DNA from: Octopus vulgaris
Taxonomy: Eukaryota
Length of the DNA: 64,000 bases
Reading direction: 5' to 3'
Assembly (NCBI GenBank): GCA_951406725.2
Contig: OX597815.1
Location: 72,788,001-72,852,000 of the forward strand
The position numbers were made by a program, and so were the translations under genes. A model generated the notes under the pieces. It saw only the letters and a list, made by a program, of their open reading frames with translations, was not told the DNA's origin and ran no database searches. Below, one piece after another: positions 9,751 through 21,200 of this stretch. Each line of letters starts with the position of its first letter. Positions within the stretch are counted from its first letter, which is position 1.

Positions 9751-12239
9751 ACTCATGTATTCATAAACAAAAAAGCAGGTATCACATTTGGGAGACAGTA
9801 TTATAACTTCACCCTGTTCAGTCTTGGAGAACACATATGTAAACCATGCACAGTCACTAAAAGAATAAAAAATGGCTAGATCTCACAATTATTTTCTTGA
9901 TGTTGCAAGAATTTCTTTGAGGAGAGTTACGAGGCAATAACTTTTGTATCTACTTTATACAGCAGCTGCACATATCCTTTAAAGGTTGCTTTATAGGATT
10001 TGAAAACATGAATGGAAATGCTAGACAAATTGACCTTACTTCACGCACACATATACACACACAGATCTCTGTGTGTGTGTGTGTGTGTGTGTAATAGAAA
10101 CTTTAAAAGGATTATGTATGTAGCCCTTTTAAAGTTTTTTTTGTTTTTAATGCTTTTGCTATCTGAAAGAACCAGAATGAACTGACATTAAATTTACCAA
10201 TTAAGATATGCCAACTTTTGGGCAATGTGTTTGTTTTATGGTGTAAAAGTGGCTTCTATACAAACACCCCCTCACACACACACAGACACCTTAGTCTCTA
10301 GCCTATGCTGCAGCAGGAGACATAGTAGTGTATGCAAGAGTAAAAGGAGGAGACATCACAGATACAAGTGAGTCAACAAGTAAAATCTTCCATTTCCGCA
10401 TCCCATCCATCACCAACCAATCTGTTGCTAATACATGCATACACACACTATATATATATATATATGTATATATATATGTATATACATATGTATATACATA
10501 TGTATATACATATGTATATATGAATGAATGAAAGAAGGAAACAACATAGAAAGGTGTGTGAGGGAGGGAGCAGGGCTGATAGATAAGTGGAGTTAAGCAT
10601 CTAGATGACATTGGCAGTAAAGTCAAGAGTTGAGTAATGCTAATCAAATAGAAGCAGCAGTAGTAGTAGCAGCAGTAGCAACAAGTATGGATTCATTTTC
10701 TAAATAGAGGTGCATGTGTGGGTGGATGGGTGGTGTGGGGGTGTTGGGGAGAGTAGGATCTTTCCTTTGCAATCTAAACTTTGTTATGTGCACCCATGCA
10801 TGTTTTCATCTGTGTGAATTATGAATAAAACATTTGATGCATATATACCTTAAAGAAACAAAATTAAATGAAAAAAAATTTATTTTTTTACAAAAATTAA
10901 ATAAAATTAATAAATTTCCCTCCCCTCCCATCCTGCCGCCTCCACTTCCATAACCTCTACAAAAAGAAATGGGGGAGTGGGGGAGGTTGCAAAAGCAACT
11001 AACAAACAAAAAAAAAACACGTAAAACATCTAATAACTCCCAGCATTCCCTGGTTTTACTTTGAAGTTGTCTTACCGAATCCCATTACAGAGAAAACATT
11101 TATTTTCACAAAGCTGGAAGCTTGGATAGTTTGTTGTTTGATATTCATTAAAAAAAATAATAAATGAATAAAAGATATAAAAATTGGAGATATTGAAAGA
11201 TGGAAGCCAAGAGAACAATGAAAGAGAAAATGTGTGTGTGTGTGTGTGTGTTCATGGATAGAGGGGGCAAAGAGAGGGGTTGAAAACCCAACCACCAATG
11301 ATTATTATCATTATTATTATTATTATTTAGAAGGGTGAAAGAAATGAGTTGCAAGTAAATTTCAAAACAAAACTGACAAATAATAACATACGTGTGTTAG
11401 GAGTGCTTGGGTTGGTTATCAAAGTGTGTGTTTGCATGAAATAAAAGCACAGTAAAACACACCGCAACCGCACACTCCTTTCACACACACACATGCATTT
11501 TGAGATATGCATACATGTGTGTGTGTGTGTGTGTGTGTGTATAAAGTAAAACACATTGAAAAATAGATTTAAATTAAATAGAACAGCAGTTCAGAAAATG
11601 TGGCTCATGAAGATTAACGATCTTGATATGAATCGTTAATTAATAATTTCTCTTTATAAAAAATAAATAAAATAAAAAAGTTAAAAACAAAACAGTAGCA
11701 GAAACAGTTGTGACAATGAGACAATGACGACGATGATGATGAACATGGAAGGGGTGTGGTGGGGTGGGATGAAGATTCATAAGGACAAAAGACACAGACA
11801 GCCAACATGACACTTGTTGGTTTCTCCCCTCCTCCCTTACTGTCATCTCTCTTGCTCTTAAACAACAGAACACACATGTTAATTTCCTAAAAATAGGGGG
11901 AGGAGAGGAATGAAAATGAATTAAAATGGGAGGAATTCCTTCCATTTTTTTTGTAGTGTTTTTTGTTTGTTTTTGGAAAGATGGAAGATATTACATTTGA
12001 GGAAACTAAATGGGTACAATAAAAAAAGAAAAAGAGAGTAAAAAAAAACAAAAAATATTTTATTTGGGGCTTATACTTAAATATTGAATATCTTTAAAAA
12101 AAGTGTTTTCCCTCATAGAGATAAAGAGAGAGAAAGGAACATTTCTCTTAGTTTGTCACTAAAGATACATTTGTCTGATGGTGCCAGGATTCTGCTGTTA
12201 GATGATTCAAATTCTAAAACAGGGACAACATTTAGTTAG

Positions 12240-12890
12240 CATCATTATCATCATCTAACGTCCGCTATCCATGCTGGCATGGGTTGGACGGTTTGATTGA
12301 GGGCAAGCCAGAAGGCTGCACCAGGCACCAATCTGATGTGGCAAGGTTCCTACAGTTGGATGCCCTTCTTAACGCCAACCAATCTGAGTGTAGTGGGTGC
12401 TTTTTTACGTGCCACCAGCACGGGGGCCAGTCAGGCGGCACTGGCATTGCCCACGCTCGAATAGAGCTTTTTACATGCCAGTCAAGCAACATTGGCATCG
12501 GCCACGACTGTAATTTCACTTGACTCAACAGGTCTTCTCAAGCACAGCATATTGCCTGATGATTGAAGGGTACTTTTAAATGGGCCAGTTATGCAACACT
12601 GGCATCAGCCACGGCTACAATCTCACTTGGCTTGCCAGGTCCTCTGAAGCACAGCTTATCTCCAACGGTCTCTAACGCTTGTCATTGCTTCTGTAAGGCC
12701 TAACGTTTGAAGGTTGTGCTTCACCACCTCATCCCATGTCTTCCTGGGTCTACCTCTTCTAAAGGTTCCCTCCACTGTCACAGTGTGACATTTCTTCACA
12801 CAGCTGTCTTCACCCATACGCAACACATGGCCATACCACGTCTGATGCTTCTTATGTCCAACTTTTCTCTTGGAGCATTTACACTATGCT
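12240..12890 (-). mobile_element. RTE-clade LINE, 5'-truncated (ORF C-terminus plus 3' UTR and tail)
   Basis: Minus strand translates WYGHVLRMGEDSCVKKCHT/TVEGTFRRGRPRKTWDEVVK, a typical RTE C-terminus. The 3' UTR ends CCATGCCAGCATGGATAGCGGACGTTAGATGATGAT. Confidence 0.88.
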
Positions 12891-12919
12891 AGTTTTACAT
12901 GGCCAGCTGACATGGAAAA

Positions 12920-13565
12920 TAATAATAATAATCCTTTCTGCTATAGGCACAAGGCCTGAAATTTAAGGGAGGGAGGTAGTCAATTACATTGACCCCAGCA
13001 TTCAACTGGTACTTATTTCAATTTCATCGACCCTGAAAGGATGAAAGGCAAAGTCAAATTTGGTGGAATTTGAACTGAGAAGATGCAAACAGACGAAATA
13101 CTGCTGAGTATTTCGCCCGGCATGCTAATGATTCTGCCAGTTCATCGCTATGATGATGATAATAATAATAATCCTTTCTACTATAGGCACAAGGCGTGAA
13201 ATTTTGGGTGAGGGATTAAGTCAATCACATCGATCCTGAAAGGCAAAGTCAATCTTGTCAGAATTTGAACTCAGAATTTAAGGATGGGTGAAAGACTGCT
13301 AAGCATTTCACCCAGTGTGCTAATGATTCTGCCAGGTCACCACCTTAATAATAATAATGATGATGGTTTCATATTTTGGCATAAGGCCAGTAACTTTATG
13401 GGGGTACACTAAGTTGATTACATTGAGCCCAATGCTCAACTGGCACTTATTTTACTGAACCCTGAAAGAATGAAAGACGAAGTTGATCTCAGAATAAATA
13501 GAGATGCAACAAATACCATAAGGCATTCTGTTCAATGCTCTAAACAGCTTTGCCAATTTGCTACC
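12920..13565 (-). mobile_element. head-to-tail array of three family-A SINEs
   Basis: Copies at ~12930-13150, 13170-13346 and 13364-13565 are separated only by (AAT/GAT)n. Confidence 0.85.
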
Positions 13566-14032
13566 ATAAAAAAGAAAAAAAGTCAAAGCTGGAGTATCTT
13601 TGAACGTAGGTTTGCTCTTTGCTCAATCAGAGCTGAGCTGGAGTTAAACAGCATCAGCAACAACTACAACAATGCTTGTCTTATTGCTACAAATTCTCCC
13701 ATTGGCCCAGTTATATGCTAGTTTTACATGGCCAACCAACATGGATAACATTATTAATAATAATAATAAAAATAATAATAAAAAAGAAACACCCTCCCTT
13801 TCCCCCCCACCATATAGATGTGACTCACAAATTGAATACTGTTACTATATGAAAACATTTCCATTATTAAAGATCAAACAGATACACAAAAGTTAAAATA
13901 TCCTGCACTATTATTTAATCGTGAGATTCAATTTCCTCTGCATCTCTGTTGAATTCAGCAGAATACTGACAATGTTGAAAATTGCAATAACACTATTTAT
14001 AAAGAGAACAACATAATGGACAGCGAGCTTCA

Positions 14033-14084
<52 letters not shown>

Positions 14085-14224
14085 CATACACATAGACATA
14101 TATATATATATATATATAGTAAGTAGTTCTCTTGCGTTGAATCTACAATAACCTCAATCACCAATTACCTTAAATGAAACAAGTTAAATTTATTTTTTTC
14201 AAAACGTTAATAACAATATAGGTT

Positions 14225-14625
14225 CAGGAATTGGCTGCATGATTTAAGAGGCTTGCATTGCAACCACATGGCTTTGAGTTCAGTCTCAATGCGCAGCACT
14301 TTTGGCAAGTGTCTTCTCTTATAGGCCAGAGCTGACCAATGACTTGTGAGTGAATTTGGTAGAAGGAAACTGTGTGGAAGCCAATCACATGCATGAGTGC
14401 ATCTGTCCTTGCTTGGCCCCAGCACAACCAGACAACCAATGTTGGTTTGTTAATGTCCTAGTAACTTAACGATCTAGAAAAATAGACCAAGAGAATAAGT
14501 ACCAGTCTTAAAAAATAAGTACTGGTCTTGATTTGTTTGTGGTGCTCCAGCATAGGCACTATCTTCAAGGCAATGCCCTGGCATGGTCACAGTGCAATGA
14601 CTGAAACAAGTAAAAGAGAAAAGAG
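14225..14625 (+). mobile_element. tRNA-derived CORE-like SINE (local family B)
   Basis: TGGCTG.GTGG..AAG A-box, GGTTCAGTCC B-box-like, and a CACCTTGGGCAAGTGTCTTCT block. Other copies at ~22533-22900, 23536-23980, 28371-28690, 30920-31070, 34480-34830, 35065-35497 (-), 36476-36810, 41165-41325, 47281-47640 and 47657-48050. Confidence 0.8.
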
Positions 14626-15689
14626 CATATGGCCTAGTGGTTAGGGTGGTTTAAGATAATGGTTTTGATTCCTGAACTGGGTGGCACATTGTGTTCATGA
14701 AGCAAAACACTTCATTTCATATTGCGCTAGTCCACTCAACTGTAAATTGGTTCCACTAATACCTGGGAAGTTAACCCCGTCACAGATCAGGGTCCTGTTC
14801 ATATGGGAGTGTTGTAATGTCAGTTACTTATAATACTATGGAAAACAGGTTAAGCCCCAATCCTGTGAATCCTAAGGCTCACAATGGAACTAAGTCTAGG
14901 CAATTATAATGCAAGATCTTCTAAACAGGAATGGTTCTGAACTTTTGTAAGTTGTGCAACTACTCAAATAAGAGGCAAGTTGTCAACCAAAGGTTCATTA
15001 CTTTAATCAAGTGCCTGAGGGATGTAAAACAAAGAACTACACACATACACACCAAAGAAAATATAAAATAAGACAGCAGAAAATATTCCTAAAACAAAGC
15101 ATGGCTGTGACAGAAGGAAATTCATTTTGCAACCACATGGTTGAGTTCACCGCAACAATAATCAAAAGCTTCCTCATTATGACCATCTTGCTTTCAGGAA
15201 AAACGTACCAAGGATTACATTATTCAACATGTGTCTTCCCCTTTTTTAAAATGTAATGAGAGATTTAGCTGTTATTTCCAGCAAGCTAAGAGACTTGGTT
15301 GAGATTTCCTCAGCTAGCAAATGGATTAAAGTGAAATGTAGTTGGTGACTGCAAAGATGCCACGGAAGAAAGAGAGTGTGATATGCTAAATGTATAAAAT
15401 GCTTAACAAGAAGTTTTATAGCAAAATTAACTTGAGACAATGAAGAAATACGACATGAAGAGCACCATAAATCTTTTCATGAAGATATAAAAGTGTTTGT
15501 TATCATATCAATGCTGGTATATTTTAACTTTGGTTGAAATTATTTAATGCAGGGAATATGCACACACACACACACACACATACACTCCCTCTGATAAATG
15601 ACAAGAATCTGAAACGTCAGGTTCTTCACATCAACTAAGATCACCATCAGTTTTCTCTGATACACAATCTCTACTTTAGTAAAGAGAAA

Positions 15690-16073
15690 GAAAGATGGCA
15701 AGAGTAAGGAGAGAGAGAGAAGACAAGAGTAAGGAGAGAGAGAGAGAAGACAAGAGTAAGGAGAGAGAGAGAGAAGACAAGAGTAAGGAGAGAGAGAAGG
15801 CAAGAATAAGGAGAGAGAGAGAAGGCAAGAGTAAGGAGAGAGAGAGAAGGCAAGAGTAAGGAGAGAGAGAGAAGGCAAGAGTAAGGAGAGAGAGAGAAGG
15901 CAAGAGTAAGGAGAGAGAGAAGGCAAGAGTAAGGAGAGAGAGAAGGCAAGAGTAAGGAGAGAGAGAAGGCAAGAGTAAGGAGAGAGAGAAGGCAAGAGTA
16001 AGGAGAGAGAAAGTAGGCAAGAGTAAGGAGAGAGAAAGTAGGCAAGAGTAAGGAGAGAGAAAGAAGGCAAGAG
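15690..16073 (+). repeat. purine-rich minisatellite AGGCAAGAGTAAG(GA)n, about 16 units of 23-27 bp
   Basis: Visible tandem units with a constant core and a variable (GA)n spacer. It explains the overlapping Leu/Ser-rich minus-strand ORFs. Confidence 0.95.
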
Positions 16074-17111
16074 CAAATATAATTTCAGCAGTTTAATTCC
16101 TTCTAGTAATGGAAAATTCCTATAATTAGTGGACATCATTTCATGTCCATATTCTATGGTGGCATGGGTTGGACAGTTCGACTAACCTGGAGGCTGTATT
16201 GGTCATCAGTGTGTTTTGGCAAGGTTTAGAATAGCTGAATGCCCTTCATAATGCCAACCACTTTACAGAGTATACTGGGTGCTATTTTTGTGGCTTTAGT
16301 AAGGCCACCAAGTAACCTGCAAGGCCCTTGATAGAGTGGGTGGTACAGTATTGAGGGAAGTGGACTTTTCCAGGTGTGAAGAGGCTAAAGTATGATAAAG
16401 GGACAACAAGTGTCTTGCAGTAAGGTAGACACATGACAGTGTTCATAAACCCAGATCAACAACCCATAATCAAAGGTACTACAGCCACTCACCACACCAC
16501 GTCTTTAGAGGTATACAACACACAATGTGACCTTTTCTGCATCAAGACGATCACTTTCACAGTTTGATAAAGATTTGGCTGCAACTGTTTATTTGAGCAG
16601 ACATTAACTGTTTAATATTTATATTTCTTTGTCAAATGTATTGTTTATTTATTCACGTTGTATCGAATTAATCATACATTATGTTGTAACTTCGAGGTTT
16701 CTATGGTGTGTTTGTACACTTTTTGAATGACATTGTAGGGCAGGTGTGAGAGGCTGGATCTGGTTAGGCTTTTTTAAAAGCATAAAACAGGTAGAATATT
16801 TGGATCCGATATGGCCGTATTAAATGTTTAAGGGGTTAAGTTGTAAACAGTGTAGTTTCAGGGAAGATATGGCTACCATTTCTAGTAAAGTGTACATATA
16901 CACACATTTATGTACATATACATAATACAGTATTTTACACACACACAGAAAATGGGGAGAGATACAGAGAGGCAAAAATTGGAAAGAAAAGGAGAGCTGT
17001 ATTTTTTTTTTTTTTGAACTGTCTGAAGAAAGATTGCAGTGATTTGGTTAAACAGCTTTTGCTATGAATTCTTCGAATGTTGCTAAAAAATGATGAAATA
17101 CCACACTAAGG

Positions 17112-17154
<43 letters not shown>

Positions 17155-17244
17155 TGCGCACGCCACAAGGATTGAAATAAAATACAAAACTAGAAAAGGA
17201 TATATGGTGAAAGAGTTAATTAGAAGCAAAGTGATAGTATGGAA

Positions 17245-17770
17245 TGAAAGAGAGAGAAAGAAAGCAAGAGCAAAGAGAGAGGAGGAAAAAGGCAAGAGTA
17301 AAGAGAGAGAGAGAGAGAAAGGCAAGAGTAAAGAGAGAGAGAAAGAAAGAAGGCAAGAGTAAGAGAGAAAGAAAGAAGGCAAGAGTAAGAGAGAAAGAAA
17401 GAAAGGCAAGAGTAAAAGAGAGAGAAGGCAAAAGTAAAGAGAGAAAGAAAGGCAAGCAAAGGTAGAGAGAATGGGAGAATGCAAGAGTAGAGAGAGGGAG
17501 GAGGCAAGAGTAGAAAGAGGGATGAGGCGAGAGCAGAGAGAGAGAGAGGGGGGAGCAGAGTAGAGAGAGAAGAGCAGAGCAGAGCAGAGAGAGAGAGAAG
17601 CAAGAGCTAGGGAGAGAGAGAGAGAGACAGAGAGGCCAAAGCAGAGAGAAAGAGAGGCCAGAGCAGAGAGAGAAAGAAAGAGAGAGAGGCCAGAGCTGAG
17701 AGAGAGAGAGAGAGAAGCAAGAGACGGAAGGAGTGACAGTAAGAGACAGTGAGAGAGAAAGGAGAGATAG
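17245..17770 (+). repeat. degenerate purine-rich array sharing the GGCAAGAGTAA core
   Basis: Repeated GGCAAGAGTAA(A)GAGAGA units decay rightwards into GAGCAGAG/GA repeats. Confidence 0.85.
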
Positions 17771-20149
17771 AGATCAATGAAAATAGTTCGGTTTATTATG
17801 GAAATTAATATGAAGCAGATGAAAGTAAACATATCGCTTTATAAAAGAACGTTGAGAGATTAAAATAAGGCGGATGTGTTAAGTTGTGTAGCACTATCTA
17901 AAAGAACTTAATATCAGCTTTACTACAAACATAAACCTTCAACAGATTACAAACAATTTCTGAGCAGACTTTCCATCATTGGAATAGCAATGCGAAAGAT
18001 TACGGAACCTCTTACCAAACTGACATATCTCTCTCTCCCTCTCAGGAACATTATCAAGTTTCAAATAACGATAGACAGAGCTGATAGGAGAGAAAGAAAG
18101 AAAGAGAGAGTTAGAAGAGCACAGAGAAAGGCAAGCCAAGATTATCAAGAATGATAATGTTCTTTCGCTCAGAAACCAGTAGTAGCTATAGCAAGCAATG
18201 AAAATATCATTTGAGAAAGAGAGACAGACTGACAGACACAGAGCTAAAAAGAGCAGGACGGACACGGACACACACAGAGGCAGACAATAAAATAAAAATG
18301 TAATAAAATAAAATAAAACACAGACATTAAACAAAAAAAAAAGAAAAAGAAAGAAAGAAAGGAAGGAAAAAACAGAAAAGGTTTGGCCATTGATAAAAAG
18401 CAGTAGGCCATTTAAGATGAAAAGGAGAAGAAATTAGCAACAATCCTACTCAAATAACTCGGTCCTTTTGAAGTTTTCTAAATGTGAGCTCTGGTAAATA
18501 GAAAGAGAGAAAGAGAAGAAAAAGAAAACAGAAGATAGGAAGGAAGTAGCGAAGGAGGGGACGAGGGAATAAGAGAGAAAAAGGGAGAGAGGGAGAGAGT
18601 GAGTGAGAGCGGTAGAGCAGGGGAGGATAAAAGAAAAAACTGAAGCAGTTATTTAGTGCAAGATTTTTTCTATATTAGCTCACTGTCCGAGATGGAGAGG
18701 GTATCCTCAAAAGTTCACATAGAATAATAATAATAATAATAATAACAATAACAATAACAATAATAATAAATAAATAAAAAGAAAGTCAACAGCTTTAGAT
18801 GTTTGTCTTTCAGATTTTGAATTTTCTTTTTCTTTTTTGAAATCCTGGTGGTGGAGAGCAAAAGCAGAACGACAGAAAAAGGAGGGGGTGAGAGAAAACT
18901 AAAGGAACGAAGAGAAGAGAGGGGAGAAAAGAATCTGGGGGTGAGAGAGAGAAGGGGGTAGTTAAGAGAAAGAGGAAGAGTAAACGAGACAAAGGGAGAA
19001 CAGTCGAGAGAAAGAGTTGGTGAGGAGAGAGAGAGGTACGTTTGTCAGCGAGAAAGACAAAGTAGCTGTGTTGGTGAGAGAGAGAGAGCTTTATTTTATC
19101 GGCTCAAATTAGAGTGCAATAGGGTTAGTGATTAAAGTTTTTGAAGTGAAAGCTCAAAGGTTTCACTATGTTTGAAACAGTAACTTTTGCTTTGACAACT
19201 ATTTTGTTAAATAAGGAATTTTGACTTTTGAAGAGAACATAGATCCAAAGTAGGGCCATTTGCTTTCAGAACCTGAGATAAATTTGGAAAAACAGCAAGC
19301 TGATTACTACTAATCTCTCTTCTCATTTCACAGAATCCTGTTGTTTGTTATTTTCTTTTTTTCTTTTTTAGAGGTTTTGAAGTTGTTGAGTAATTGAGTA
19401 AATCCACTGGAGCAAATCTACAGCACAATAATAGATAGCTGATTAAGTGCTTATGGTAAACCATGAATGAAAGTTCCAGTTGTTTGATCAATAGAAAACC
19501 TATTCATTGTATTCATCATCATTTTAACGTCCACTTTTTTCATGCTTGCCTGGGGCAGACAGTTTAACCGAGGCAGATTTTCTACAAACATGTATCCTTC
19601 TTGTTGTCAAACTTTCACCTGTTTCCAAAGCAAGCTAACGTTTTCTAGACACGTTCTCATAGTATATTGGAAAAGAATGACATTGTATGACAGTGGCAAT
19701 CATACATATAATTATCTAGGCAATGTCAAGGAGACACAAACTCATGAACAACAGGCATATTTCATTTCCGTCTACCAAAATCCACTTACAAGGCTTTGGC
19801 CAGTCCAAGCTTTGGAAGGCGCTTGTCCAATGTGGAATGAGTTGGATGGCCTAAGATGAGCTTATTGATCAGAGGATTGCGTTGTGCTCCAATATCTGGT
19901 TCAGTAGAGTTGGCAACAAGAATGGCATCCAGTAGTGGAAAATTACCAACAAATTCTTTCTAACCCATGCAAATATGGAAAACTAGACATTAAAACGATG
20001 ATGATGAAGATGATGCGATAGTAGTTGGCTAACCAGTGCAGACATTTGTACCTTTTAACCCTTTAAATAGACTTGGCCTCACAGTGTGTGGACAAGGCTG
20101 GTCCTTCAAATTCTGAATAATTTTCATCTGTACAAATGTTACAAGATTG

Positions 20150-21200
20150 AAGAAGGGGGAAATTTAAGGCGTTTCAGACACTTGGCCATTGCATAGTAAG
20201 ATCAAAGCTACTAGGGGGAAAGATTTCTTAACTGCTCTGCCATGCATTGAAGGCACCTCCTTACACTACTTCAAACTTTGGGACTGAAGATGGGAAGTTT
20301 GGTGAATATCATCAGATGTCATTTAAGGAAAACAGAAAGTACATTCCACTGCACTTGATGAGAATAATATAAGAGGAGGTAAGTTGGGAAACTGCTAGAT
20401 TTTGCAGCAGGGGAGCTTCAGATTGAATTATCTTCTGCTCTTCAACCAAAAGCATTAATCATCATTTTGGTGGATGTGTATGTCACAAGAGGCTAGAAAG
20501 TTTTAACTGCAGTCTCTGAATAACATAAAAAGCACATTCCAGTTTTGTGAGAAATAGTTTACAGATACAAAAAGATTATCGAGTGGATTGAGTCGATAAT
20601 CTTTCTGATTAGTTAAACTATAAAACCAAAAAGTTGCCTATCTTTCAGTTAAGAGTCTATCTTGATGGCATGAAAAATGTATCTGCTTATTATTAGACAC
20701 ATCCAAATTTTAGCAGTGTATATTCAGGTAAAAAGAATTGTTATGCATCAAAACATGTTAATATAGGCCCAACTTAAGGTAGTGAGGTGGCAAAATACTT
20801 AATGGCCTTTTGTCCATCTCTATACTTGGAGTTCAAATTTCACAGAGGTTAACTGCCTTTCCTCATTTTGGAGGTCAATAAAATAAGTACCAGTTAAGCA
20901 CTGGGGTTGATGTAATCTACTTACTCCCTCCCATGAAGTTGCTGGTCTTGTATCAAAATTTGAAACTAATATAGGCCCAACTTAAAATAAAGGATCCAGG
21001 GAGCTTTTTTTTTTTTGAAGACATTTCTTGAAAAGAAAAGTATATCTTATATTGCCATCAAAAATGGTAAGTATATTTTATGTTAGTGTTTTGCAAGTTA
21101 AAATGGCTTTTTAACAACATTGAACATGAAAAATATCTACCGTTATCCAATGAAGTCAGCATAGAATTTACAGAAATACAAGCAACTAGTCTACCATCAC
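20150..21200 (+). mobile_element. highly decayed hAT (Charlie/SPIN-like) transposase relic, interrupted by a family-A SINE at ~20777-20968
   Basis: Broken plus-strand peptides in the expected order: LALHSKIKATRGKDF (T.G.DIF), WE..LVNI.D, IPLH, KALNH, TRG*KVL (SRGKVL), EW....FL, IEFTEIQ (ELIELQ). There are many frameshifts and this was recognised by eye. Confidence 0.45.

Noticed and set aside
15540-17832. Leu/Ser-rich 'membrane protein' ORFs and Glu/Arg/Lys-rich ORFs
   Set aside because: They are products of (GA/TC)-rich minisatellites.
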